Both the position numbers and the translations under genes were made by a program. Below the pieces are notes generated by a model that saw only the letters and a list, made by a program, of their open reading frames with translations, was not told where the DNA came from and did not search any database. A DNA stretch of 64,000 nucleotides. Source: Strigamia acuminata (lineage: Eukaryota). The DNA lies in NCBI GenBank assembly GCA_949358305.1, contig OX442314.1:8556001-8620000 (forward strand), given 5' to 3'. How positions within the stretch are numbered: the stretch's first letter is position 1; each line of letters opens with the position of its first letter. Of this stretch, positions 46,210 to 58,757 are shown in pieces.

Positions 46210-49200
46210 AGATACGCGTGGATTTCTGATTCCAGTGACCACTAAGCACTTCTGTCACTCTTTTTACAGCTCGAAAGTACCCGGCAAAATAAATATTTGT
46301 GTAATGTCAGGATCTGGAGTGTGTTGCTACCTATATCCAGGCGCACATTCACGGCCGGGCAGGTTCTGAGGACCAGGCTCCCAGAGATCACTGTATCGCG
46401 GCGTCTTTCAAACGCGTCCATTAAATACCTTGGAAACGCGATTCATCACACGTGGTGCCGAAACCCGGGAACTATTTTCGAGTTTTCGATTGCTGTGCCA
46501 TATAAACTGTACTTTACAACAGTGGGCACAGTTATCATTTGCTAAAGCATAGGATTCGATTGGTGTTGTTATTCACCGTCTTTTAAAGTTTAAAGTTTTA
46601 AAATTGTTGTTGTTAAATCATCCATTTGTTGTTTCCGCTGCTAATTCGCTTGGAACTTGCGCGTAATGGCAGATGGGGGTTGCGAAGATTTGAAAAGCTT
46701 GTGGCCAAGCTGGATGCGTAAAGCAAAAGAGCGCGTCTGTTTGGAGCCGCTGTCAAGCACGCATTCCAACCAAACCCAGGTCAATGTATGGCTTACGCAC
46801 TACAAAGGATGGTGCATCTCCGTATTTCATGCATCTCTGTGAGGGTGCTAGTAAGGTGAAGGTGGATCAACTGCCAACCACCGACAGTACCTACTATCCA
46901 GGGACTGCTCCATCTTCGGAGCCCATCTTCACGGCCAATGAGTTCGTGACAGTCACGTTCGCTTCACAGACAGCTTTGCCTTTTATCCCTTGGCACCTCC
47001 AAGGACTAGTTCTGAAGGGGGGAGTGCAGGACAGCGGACCCCACATTGGCATGGGGTGCTGTTTCTGCAAAATGCTGAGATGGCAATGGCAGAACGTGTA
47101 AAGCCGACTATGAAACATTTTGGTCGAAATGTTGACAATTGAATGTTCCAGTGGAGGGGAGAGACTCTGCTGGGGGTTCAACAGATAATTCGTCAGGAAA
47201 TTGTAGTTTTAGCCATGCCGCTGGATGGTAGGTCAATTCCGCCACCACAGCCAGGACCTCATATCCCCTTGCCTGGCGGTAGACCGATACCCAGCGAACA
47301 AATGCCTGGATTAGATATTGGCCATTATTCTCGCATACTGATGCCTAGCGAGCGTGGTAGGCAAGGAATTAGTGCGGATGGAAGAAATGAAAGAGATTTA
47401 AGTTCTCTTCTACCGAGAGAAACCCTCGAATGTCACAGCCCATGCAGGGTCTGCAATGCATTCACTAACACCGTGCAATAGCCAGGTGATGAGGAGCATT
47501 ATGCGTTTTAAAACCACAGCCCCTGTCTAATGATGTTGCACGTGCAGCTGCTACGCAGGGTACATCAGTGAACTCGCGTGTTCAGCGAGTCCCCCTGTGC
47601 TCTGTCCAGTTCTTTCATAGCCATATGGAGACTTGGCACATTTAAGAGTAGGATGCATACCAGTTTTTGACGGGAGTCATCCGTTTTATAATGCAGTTGA
47701 CTTGTTCTTGGCGCGACTTTGTGCGCACTTCGTCAATGCGCGTTCCGGAAGATGCATATATTGAGTTGTATGTTCCGCAGGCCTCGCAATAAACCGCTGA
47801 TTTGGTTTTGGGGCTTGCGAACTAAATATATAACTTGAGATGAATTTGCAACGCATTTCCGGAGTGCCTTCTCCCTTCTGTTACTGAGGCGACGGAGCAC
47901 CTGTTGCAAGCGTGGTGGGAAATGGGAGAAGATACGACCGACTTCTTGTGTGAAATTGGTTGCTATTTAGAGTTGACGGGAGTAGCTGGGGACAGGCAAT
48001 AGTGGAAAATAGCACAATATCGCTTACAACCACAAATGACGGATATGATGGGGAGGTATAGCGTTCAGTCTCTGTTTCAAGCCATTTCTTTTGGTTGAAG
48101 GATGGACAGTGACTTGCAGCTGCGTGTTTTTCAGCAGCATGCGTTTGACTTGCATGGAGTTAAGAGAGGATTGGTCTCGGTTCCGAAACCCAAGTCGAGG
48201 AAACCAGAAACTGTAATGAAGGTGTTGGAAGTGGTAAAAGAAACCGTGGAACTTACGCCTAGTTGTTTTCAATTTGACAGGCGAAAGCTGGCGGCCCTGG
48301 CCGAAGTGTTTGATTAAACTACGTTGGGAGAAGATACGCAGAGTGCCATTGCGCGACCTGTGGAGTGTGTTCAAGCTCCTGGGGCACTGCAGACAGACGT
48401 GCCTGTGGAAGCCCCGAAGTCCAAGCCCTCTGCGGGGAAGAGTTAGGGGCACAATGCAGTCACACGCTCAATTCTTTAGCTAGCGCAGCTAGCCACCTGC
48501 CATACAATCGTCGCCGAAAGCTGGGTGGGTGCGCAATTGCAGGGACCGATGCTTTGTGCGTAATATTGAAAAGCGCATTGCCCTGTGCCCTCGTTGCCTC
48601 AAGCACTGACAGTTTCCGGAATGAGCAGGGTTCTTTGCCAAAGTAACGGTTGGCACCAGAATTCTCTGGCAGGATGACTGTTTGGTTCACACAGCCATCG
48701 CCTGGGTCTGGTGTTCCCTCGACTCCCCCTGGAATGACGAATTCCATTATGTTGTCGGCCCTAGAGTTTGTGGCGACTAAAGAGCCCGAAGTACTTGACG
48801 GATTTTAGATCGTTGTCCTCAGGATGCCCCTACGTTGAGTAGGCGTGGGTGAATGTTAAGCCCATCGCGTTAATGGGTCTGGGGGCACAAACGCGTATGA
48901 TAACCAATGCATTTTACCTGAAACTCCATGAGATGGGAATTGGGATGGTGCCTTTAGATGAAACCATCAAAATGGCGGCGAACTTTTTTGCCATAGTTTG
49001 TTTTGTGTTTGGTGGTCGAAGAGGCATCACGAGACCTGCTTCTGGGCCTTGATTTTAGCAGGGCCGTGGGTTTATGCGTGGACCATGGGGATAGTTATTG
49101 GTTTCTATGTGGGGACGGAATCGGACATCCTTTCCTTGCTGAGGAGCAAGTCGGGACACTCGATCCTGTAAACCTCTCTCCTCTGACAAAGGAGTAGTCC

Positions 49201-50258
49201 CCTAAGTAACCGATACCCATGGGAAAAGAGCATGAATTTTCACTAGTTTCGGTGAGTGCCGGAATTGCCTGTGAGTTTAATTGGCCCAGAAATGCGGTTT
49301 TCGAATTCCCATTAAAGGTGGAAAAGCCTTCGGTGATCGAGCCGCCTGTTGGCGAGGCAGGTTGCGTCTTTTTGAGCAAACGCGATTTTGTGCGAGCCGC
49401 CGCATGTTGACTAATCTCATATAGTCGAAGTGGTGATGGCTGGTAGGAGCTCTGAGAGTCAGAAATGGACATTCATGTGGTTCCCTAGATGGCGTGAAAG
49501 GGCACGAAAGAGTTTTGTGCGGGTAACGCGTAAGCCTAGATGGAGGGCCATATGTTTGAGCCAGTAATAAAGAGTTATAATTGCGTAAAGCAAGAGCAGG
49601 GGCGATTTCCAGCTACTTTGCGGTGAAGGCTGTAGGTTCTCCATCTGTGGAGGATGGCGACAAAAAGGTCCTTCTTAACGACTTTGAGGCGAAAAAGTTG
49701 CCCACTCTTTTGACAACATAACATTAATTTTGTTCAGTATATTCCAAATTGGGATCCCACCTAACTCTTTTGGGTTTACGACCAATTGTGGAGACAGCTT
49801 GGGCCGAAACGTTTCAATCACCTAATTGATGCGTTGAAACCAGTTGCTCACATCTTTTGCAACAATACCCAATTCGAGGTGGGCCTCAAACCCAATTTTA
49901 GGCCGGTTCATATACCAGCGCGTCCGGTTTTGACCAATCTTAAAGAGCTTCAACGCTTTAAGGGCAAGATCGGATGTAACTCGTTGTTTTTCCTCGGCTA
50001 TTTTAAAAACTTACGAGGTTTTCCGTCCATTGATCCGTAGGAATGCGTCTTGGGTGTGGACGGCGGATCACTGGGCAGCCTTTGATTGCTTGAAAAGTCA
50101 AATTGCGCTGTTGGCTCTCCACAGGGGCTTTCCCGATTCGGGGAAGCTTTATGTTCCCCGAACGGAGGCCGCTTGTTCGGGGCTCGTTGTTGCGTTGGTG
50201 CAAACCACAATGGCGTACGCGTTCTAATTGCATCCGCGTCACGCGCCTTGAATAGTAC

Positions 50259-51203
50259 ATGGAGAGTTACGCGGCCACAAAAGTCGAGTATCTGGCTGCG
50301 GCGTGGCCCGTTACGCGTTTCCGGGCGTATCTCGGGCACATGGACTTCTGCCTCGAGAGTAACCTTAAGTCTTTAATGTGGCTTTTTTCCCAGCTTGAAC
50401 CAAAAGGTCGATTGGCGCGTTGGGTTCTTTTGCTTTCAGAAGATCGATTCATGTTCCTTCACTGTTGTAGAGTAGAGAATCAGGTAGCTGACGCGTTGAG
50501 CCGAGCTCCGGTCGACCTGCCAATCGCGCTGGATGACGAAGATTGCCCAGCGTTGGACAAGTCGTGTTATTACGCATGTTTCAACGACTTCAACGACTGG
50601 CCAATTCCCGAAATGCTAGAATTGGAGGAATTGACTCATTATAAATCATCAAATTCTAGGAGTGTTAGGGCGGTGACCTTGCGTCGTAAAAAACGCATTT
50701 GGCGGGCCAAACTGAATGCTTTGTCAGCCTTGGGCTCGGTGGGTGTTTCTCCAGTGGATGTTGGACCCCCAAAAAGAAAGAGGGGACGTCCACGGGAGAA
50801 TCCCATCACCAGAGACCCGGCTCGAGCTAGATCTTTGCCATTGACGCATTCCGTTCCGCCAACATCAGAAGAAGAGTCAAGTGCAGTTTCTCTGTCTACT
50901 GGGGACGTTCCTGTGAGGGGAAAACGGGGGCGACCGGAGAAAGCTCCCATATTCTTGGATCGCTCTACGGGCTCCGAAGCCAGTGAAATGCCCCTATATG
51001 ACGGAGAGCTGCCTGGAGACATGGACTCTGAGGAGTTTCAAGTCCCTGTTTTACCACGGGATTTGTCGCTTAGGGCGCGTATACGGCGGGATTTGGTCTC
51101 TCCTGCACCCCTTATCGATCTGGAATTGTCTGAGCACTCCTCTGACGCAAGCTTCCACTCATCTTCGGCTGAACATCCGACAATTGAGATCCTCCTGATT
51201 TAG
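50259..51203 (+). pseudogene. RNase H C-terminal remnant fused to a basic/acidic linker with AT-hook-like motifs
   Basis: GRLARWVL..NQVADALSR followed by KRKRGRPR and RGKRGRP. Confidence 0.7.
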
Positions 51204-54200
51204 AAAACCATTAAAGAAGCCCAAGTGGCCGTTGAATGGTCAAAAGGACTTATTCTATATCTCAATTCAAAGTATCTTCCGCCGGATGAGGGGAAGCTGG
51301 AAGAACTAAAAAACAAGTAGTGGACATGGCATTGCACCATGGTCTTCTGCTATGTAAATTTCCACCAACTAAAATTGGTTAGCGAGCTCCTACGCGTCGA
51401 ATCTATCTCCCGCAGTCGCTTCGTTTCAAGTATTTCCACTGTCTACGTTTCCCGTCAACCTCTGGCCATCTCGGCATTGAAAAAACATTAATGCGTTTGA
51501 AAACATGCGAGTTTTGGTCGGAGATGAAGAGAGATGTGGCAGAATGGATTAAAGTTTGCGAACCTTGTCAAGGGACGAGGGTGGGAAGAAGGTTGCCCTA
51601 TGGCGGGGTGGAGACCGCAAAGCCAAGGTGGTTATCTTGGACCTTATATGTTGATTACTTCGGAAAAAGTAAGCACTGTTACGCGTCCGTAATGGTTGAT
51701 ACAGAAAGCCGCTGGGTGGATGTACGGCTTACCGAAAAGGTGGATGTTTCCACCACTGACAACTGACTTAAGAAGTTTACCAATAGATGGGCTTATCCAA
51801 AACTATCGTTAGCAATAATGCCCCTATCTTTTTGGCAACCAATTCTGTTTTGCAGACCTCTTTTGAATTTTCAAGAATCAGGTGCTGTCTTTGACACACA
51901 AACAGCAAGGTGCCAGTTTTCAACATTGAACGGAAGGCGTGTGTCGCATCCATCGTCTGCTGGGCTCGAATGCCCTACTTTTAAAGGGCGGGGACGGAAA
52001 CATCTCGCTGCCTTTCCATGTCGTGGACGTGCGACACTTCTGTGACGCGTCAAAGAAGCCAGAAGACATCTTAGTTGATGCGCCAAATCTTCCAGATGTG
52101 GATGTCTCGAGTGGTGTTTCCAGTACCTCGAGTGCGCCGAGTGATGATGAAGATCGACGGGACGCCGGAAGTGGACCTCATGTTGAGAATGGACCTTGAC
52201 AACACATCTTCGCACCAGATTCCGGATCAAGGACCGAAAGCGTTATAAAACGCATGAAGACCCCAAGAAGGACTCATCGTGATTGGGACCGGAAGTGCTA
52301 AATGACTTATGTATTTACTGAACGTGACTTTTTGCGCTTTCGTCCAGTTTTGTAAGAACTCGAATTGGATGCGTGGTTAGTTTATCTTTTGTGTGTTTGT
52401 GCTTCGAGTATGCAGTGCTACGCATTATTTTATCGATCTGTGATATTATTTGTTTTGTTTTCTTTTTCAGAGTTTTGTAAGTTTTGGTGAGTGTTTCTTA
52501 GTCTAGTTTTAAATCCGCTAATGTTGCGAAGGCCATTGTTTAACGTTAACGATTCATTTTGTTTAGTTCTTTAAGTTTTGCTCAAGTGTTAGCATTGATT
52601 TATCTTTTTTGTTGTATCGTTTCATTCCTCTTTGCTTTTGTTAGACAGAGTAATAAAACTCTGGCTCTGGAGGCGTGTCACGGTCCAGGTTTTCACGCGT
52701 TAAATAATACGCGCTTTTCCCTGTTTGTAGAATTCTAATTGTTGTATTTTGTTTGCTAAAATAACCCTAAACTTAGCCCAATTCCTAACCTTGTATTTGT
52801 TTATTTCACATCCTCATTTGTGTTTGTTTTCCTTTAGTTTCTCCTAACTTTTCCTATTCTGTCTTATTTTCACTTGCTCTTTCCTGTCTTTTCTATTTCT
52901 GTTCTTTTTCTGTCCGCTTCCTACTTTGCATATCAGCTGATTCGGTGTGTTGTCATGAGTCATGCTCATTAAGCATGCACCAAAGCACCGGATTGGTTGG
53001 TTAGCTCTTCTGTGATTGGTTTAAACTTGGCCCAGTCTATTCTGGACCAAGTTTACCTCTCACCCTTTTTTCCCACTGCCTAGGGAGTTGTGCTTTGAGC
53101 TTTGGAAGCATAAGAGCTCTTTTGAGCCGGCAACCTCAGAATGCCTGCACAACTCACTAGGGAGCTGCCACTAAGCTATCCCTTGCCCTGTTGACCTGAA
53201 ACATGGTCACAGGCTTTTTCCATCATCATACGTGATTAAATTCACGGTTTTATCCATTCGAATTTCCTTTGCTTTTCCTCTTTATTTGATTTTAACACCG
53301 TGATACGCCGTTTGGGGCCAGAATGAGATTCATTTGCGCCATGAGTTTGTGTGTTTTGGTTCCTTGCGTGAGCAGCGCGGTAATTAGCCCGGTTTGGCCG
53401 CCCTGCCTTTTTGGGGCTTTAGCCTAACTTGGCATTGGTTGGATTTTAGATGTGTTTGGGCAGCCGTACGTGCCAATTAGTACGCGTTAGCGCTCATTTC
53501 TCGTCGAGATTCAACAGCGAGGCGGACGCTGACGCATCGGGATAATACGCGAGTTCTCTTTGTTATTCATTCCGGCAATTGTTAAGCACTGCTTGGCATT
53601 ATCGACTCGTCGGGATTCTACGCGTTCCCTTTGAGTTTCGTGTTGTTTCCGAGTTGGAACGAAGCGTGTTACCGTTTAACTTCGTGTTTGCACGATATGT
53701 TGCGGGTTGCTCTCGTTTAACTTCGTGTTTGCACGATATGTTGCGGGTTGCTCTCGTTTAACTTCGTGTTTGCACGATATGTTGCGGGTTGCTCTCGTTT
53801 AACTTCGTGTTTATACGATATGTTGCGAGATACGCGTGGATTTCTGATTCCAGTGACCACTAAGCACTTCTGTCACTCTTTTTACAGCTCGAAAGTACCC
53901 GGCAAAATAAATATTTGTGTAATGTCAGGATCTGGAGTGTGTTGCTACCTATATCCAGGCGCACATTCACGGCCGGGCAGGTTCTGAGGACCAGGCTCCC
54001 AGAGATCACTGTATCGCGGCGTCTTTCAAACGCGTCCATTAAATACCTTGGAAACGCGATTCATCACAATTCCTCTTCTAATTTCACCTATTTGGTCGCT
54101 CGCTTTCGTTAACGATAACTTCAAAAACTAAAACAAATTTTAAAATAAATCAAAAAATTAATAAAATAAATTTAAATAAAATAAAAAATCCACTCAAAAT

Positions 54201-54799
54201 ACCTTTTTTGACTTCCAAACGAAAAGGATTTTTCTTTTTTCGACCATAATCCCTGAAATTTCAATAAATTTCAATAAATTTCAAAAAAATTTCGAAAAAT
54301 TTAGTAAAAAAATATATTTTTACTGATATTGATGCTGTAAATCATCTGCCATTTTCTCTATGTCTACCATTTCGTTTCCTTCTGTCTGTAAATACTAAAA
54401 AAAATAAAATAAAAACAGACGTTATAACGAAGCCTTACAGGAACACAATTTGATGTCGATAAGAACAAACTTACTTCCCGAACACGATGCAACAGATTCC
54501 TGTCTCTAATAAAATTACTGTTCTGTTTTCTGACTGGATTCTGGGGTGATTTTCGGCTGCTTGTCGAAGGAATAGAGTCCATAATTCCACAAAATGCGAC
54601 AAAATACACAAGTATGATCTTGGGCTAAATAAACCACGATGGTGTCAATCTAAATTCACACAAGAGACTATATCCAACGTTGTTTTAGGTAGTACATACC
54701 TTGAGTTTGAACGAGTTATAACTTGTTCAATTTTGATTATATCCGCCAAACAGACTGCACACGTGCGATACAGTTTGCGCCATCTGTTGGCGTAAAAAG

Positions 54800-54895
54800 C
54801 AACGGACAACGGGAAAGCGTGTTCTTGATCGCCGTCACCGATCGACCAAACAACATCGACCGGGCCGTGCTACGTCCCAACCGGCTCGGACGGTA
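54800..54895 (+). pseudogene. NVL: Inverted NVL exon-16 fragment
   Basis: [28 protein letters not shown]. Confidence 0.8.
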
Positions 54896-55516
54896 CAGAT
54901 GCTTCGCTGTATCGCACTGATAGTAAAATTTGGTGAGGCCTAGATCTGTCTGCCTCAAAATTTAAGGATTTCCCAAAATTCCAGGCAAAATTCTGTAAAG
55001 ATTGGGCTTGATTTTGCTACAATTTGCTAAACAGTTTGCAAGATTTTATGGATTTCCAAGATTCCTAGGATTTCGGATGATTTTGGGGATTTCAGAGATC
55101 GACACACAACTCAATTGAATAAATTCTAAGAAACAATTCGGGTGTTACAAGCTCGTTTATTTATTCATTTATATTTTTCAACTTTGAAATTTCTGCGCTA
55201 TAGAAATTACAGCGTTTCTCCCATTTTTTACAAAAGCGCTTCTGTAGTTGCAGTTTTACTCAAATTTGCATTAAATACAACGTAGTTTTGGCTGATTAAC
55301 TCAAATGTACGATAAATGTAAATTTTAAATTTTAATAATAAAAAATAAAAACAATAAATAGATGTTTTCTTTTTTAATTTATTCCTGGTGGCAAATGCGT
55401 GCAGATTTAACTGCGGCGCTACAATGGCGAACAAGTGATTTTGTTGCCGAAAAATTATGAAAATAAATTTCCAGTATACATTCTGACAAAATTTTGTGAA
55501 AGTTAAAATTTTAAAA

Positions 55517-55669
55517 ATGGAGCAACGTTGGGATTTAGAGAAATATTTTCCGTCATTAGGGCAAAGCAACTTCACTGAATTAGTGGGTGGAATTGCCAGC
55601 GAATCGATCATGATGTTGATGTCAGTGTTTGTCTTCTATATTTGGGTTTCCAAATTTGGATTAGAATAA
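55517..55669 (+). CDS. Putative smORF copy 2 (50 aa)
   Basis: MEQRWDLEKYFPSLGQSNFTELVGGIASESIMMLMSVFVFYIWVSKFGLE*. Confidence 0.5.
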   Translation: MEQRWDLEKYFPSLGQSNFTELVGGIASESIMMLMSVFVFYIWVSKFGLE

Positions 55670-56167
55670 ATAAACGAACAAGCATAAGGTATACTGACAC
55701 TCATTTTTAATCACCATAAATTATACATATATTTTTTTAAGGTGTGTACCAAGGAACATCACCAGATTTCGGTTTTGGATTTTACAATTTCGAATTGAAG
55801 ATGACACAAACTGACTTTGAGGATTTGAATTTAACTATTTCAAGCAATTCTAAGAATTATAAACAGCGTATATGTGTTGACGAAATGTACAGTACAATGT
55901 CAGAAGTGGCCTAAAATAAAGAAAATATTGCAAATAACAAAATAAATAAATAATCTCAGCCAAGTAACTCTTTATTTGTTTGTTTGTAAATTTCATTTCT
56001 AAATAAATATGAAAATGACAATTTCCTCGTACAATTGTTCGAAATCTCCAAAGATTTCCGAGAGGTGAAATGATTGTTTTTTCTTTTTGTACATTTATTT
56101 TGAGATTTGATTCGATTATCTATGTTTATTTTGGATTACATTCAAGTTTTTGGGGTTTTTATTTGAT

Positions 56168-56290
56168 TTTTTTACGTTTATTTGATGTTTTTAAGTGATG
56201 TTTTTACGTTTATTTGATGTTTTTAAGTGATGTTTTTACGTTTATTTGATGTTTTTAAGTGATGTTTTTACGTTTATTTGATGTTTACAT
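56168..56290. repeat. ~32-bp minisatellite
   Basis: TTTTTACGTTTATTTGATGTTTTTAAGTGATG, about 3.5 copies. Confidence 0.85.
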
Positions 56291-58230
56291 TTTTTTTTAC
56301 GTTTGTTTCATGTTTTATTCTATATTTTACATTAATTTTTCTTTTTAATCAATTTTTATATTTATTTTTCTTTTTAATCGGTTTTTATATTTATTTTTAT
56401 TCGTGTCGATGTTGCAGATGTTGTTCAACATCAACATGGCCAAACAAAACTAGAAAGCAAAGACGTTTACAGTGGAAATCAAGAAAGTGGGCGAAATTTC
56501 ATGGAAAGATTTACCAGACTGAAGTTGGCACCACATTCACATTCGTCCAAACTATAGATCGAACAAATCCCAATTTTTTTTACCTCGGATTTCAATGGTT
56601 TTTACACAAAAAGATAGAGGATTTTCTGTTAACAAACCGTGAAAAGACAAGTCTCTACTCCTCTTAGTTTTCGAGCAGCAAGCATTTGAATATGGCACAA
56701 AAAAGACTGTGACCAGCTGCCCACGCAGGCTGTTCACTTACCTGCAGCACACGGCACTCACACAGCTCTCGCGCACCACGTGTTTCTTGTGCGCAACCTG
56801 TTGCGGTCCCCCGCTGGAGCTGCGCTGCGGGTCGTTGGCATTGACCAATTGGGACCCAGAAGTGCCCTTCCGGAAGTGGTGGGCACCCGCAGAGGCCCGA
56901 AGAGTTTTCTAGTAACCAGCATGATGAACGGTCGCTTCTGTGATCGCTCCTCCACGCTGAATATGATTAAGACCTGAACGATTGGCACTCACCGGGACCT
57001 AAGCATCCGTATACGCCGCGTTTGTCCTGCGTTCTCTGTGAACGCTATGCCAATGGCCGCCGTGCCAAGCGGTCTGGTTAGGGATGGCTGTTCGCAGCCA
57101 TCGCATTGGGAAATGCACTATGAGACACCACATCATACACCTAAACATAATAAAGCTTACCTTAAACTAAACTTGTGTCTCTTGTGTATTTCGGAGTATT
57201 TCGTATCGTGTGTGTTGTGTCCAGCGTCCCGTGGCTCGCCCCCGACCACGTGGCGTTCCAAACACTCACAAGACTTGCACTAAATTTCCGAATCTGGTGC
57301 CACAACTTAAAACCCCAATATCTCAACAACCCTGATAACGGATTTTTTTATTTCAAAAACCAAACGATAGAGGACCTTTTCCTTTACAAACCCTGAAAGG
57401 CACAACACTCTACCCCTCTTAGTTTTCGAGCGGCGAACACTTAAACATTGCGCAGCAAAAACTTGGAACAAATTTCCGAATCTGGTGCCACAACCTCAAA
57501 CCCCAAAATCTCAACAACCTGACCACCTTCCGGTTGCCCGAAACCGTCCATTTCAGCGAAGAGCTGTTCGAATCGTTCTGCGGAAGAAATAAAGAAAGAG
57601 AGAAATTAATTATTTTAGACTTCTAAACCTGATGTTTAGAAAGTTTGCAAGATTTTATAAATTTCCAAGATTTCTAGGATTTCGTATGATTTTGGGGAAT
57701 TTAGAGATCGACACACAACTCAACTGAATAAATTCAAAGAAACAATTCAAGTGTTACGTGCTCGTTCATTTATTCATTTATATTTTTCAACATTGAAATT
57801 TCTGCTCTATAGAAAATACAGCTTAACTTTAAGTTCGTTTCTCCCAACTTCTACAAATAGTTGCAGTTTTACTTAAGTTTACGTTAAAAACAACGTAGTT
57901 TTGGCTGATTAACTCAAATTTACGATAAATGTAAATTTTAAATTTTTTCAAATTTTCTTAAATTTAGGACAAAAGTTGTGTTTTTTGTTTAGAAATACAA
58001 CAAACAACAAATATATTCTAACATCGCATCTTTAAATGTTTTAAATAATAAATAATAAACACAATAAATATAAATAGATGTTTTCTTTTTTAATTTATCC
58101 CTGGTGGTAAATGCTTGCAGATTTAACTGCGGCGCTGTAATGGCGAACAAGTGATTTTGTTGCCGAAAAATTATGAAAATAAATTTCCAGTACATTCCGA
58201 CAAAGTTATGTGAAAGTTAAAATTTTAAAA

Positions 58231-58377
58231 ATGAACGAACGTTGTGATTTAAAGAAATATATTCCGCCAATAGTGCAAAGCAACTTTAGTGAATTGGTGG
58301 GTGGTATTACCAGCGAATCGATCGTAATGTTGATGTCACTATTTGTCTTCTATGTTTGGTTTTCAAGTAAGGATTAA
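58231..58377 (+). CDS. Putative smORF copy 3 (48 aa)
   Basis: MNERCDLKKYIPPIVQSNFSELVGGITSESIVMLMSLFVFYVWFSSKD*. Confidence 0.5.
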   Translation: MNERCDLKKYIPPIVQSNFSELVGGITSESIVMLMSLFVFYVWFSSKD

Positions 58378-58757
58378 AATGAATAAACGAGCAAGCATAA
58401 GGTATAATGACACTCATTTTTAATCACCATAAATTATACACACACGTAGACATATATTTTTTTAAGGTGCACCAAGGAACATCACTAACTTCGGGTTTTG
58501 GGTTTTATAATTTCGAATTGAAGATGACACGAACTGACTTTGAAGATTTGAATTTAATCATTTCAATCAATTTTAAGAATTATAAGCACCATATGTGTTG
58601 ACGAAATGTGCAGTACAATGTCAGATGTGGCCTAAAATAAAGCAAATATTGCAAATAACAACGAAATAAAGAAATAAATAATGTGAGCCAAGTGACTTTT
58701 TATTTGTTCGTTTGTAAATTCCATGACAATTTCCGCACGAAATAAATTATTTCTTCC

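Larger units (their letters stand above)
45058..54068 (+). mobile_element. Non-autonomous Ty3/gypsy element with decayed gag-pol, in NVL intron 4
   Basis: 1393-bp LTRs 45058-46450 and 52676-54068 (1 mismatch noticed); TSD ATTC; PBS TGGTGCCGAAACCCGGGA (tRNA-Phe type) 46453-46470; broken gag, PR, RT, RNase H and IN remnants. Confidence 0.95.
22255..54582 (-). pseudogene. NVL: Nuclear VCP-like AAA ATPase (NVL/smallminded), 19 exons, interrupted by LTR insertions
   Basis: Approximate exons: 54582-54475, 54394-54324, 54252-54203, 54127-54088, 45009-44780, 44698-44634, 44297-44163, 44098-43879, 43803-43583 plus 24099-24038, 23980-23925, 23858-23794, 23709-23587, 23518-23414, 23250-23188, 23119-22997, 22940-22734, 22673-22603, 22542-22374, 22308-22255. 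N-terminal NVL domain (VDIEKMADDLQHQYQDYGRKK); D1 [15 protein letters not shown]2 [21 protein letters not shown]. Confidence 0.92.

Noticed and set aside
56400..57520. GC-richer insert with minus-strand splice-like sites and short direct repeats replacing NVL in unit 2
   Set aside because: No consistent reading frame or recognisable protein; no termini or TSD found.
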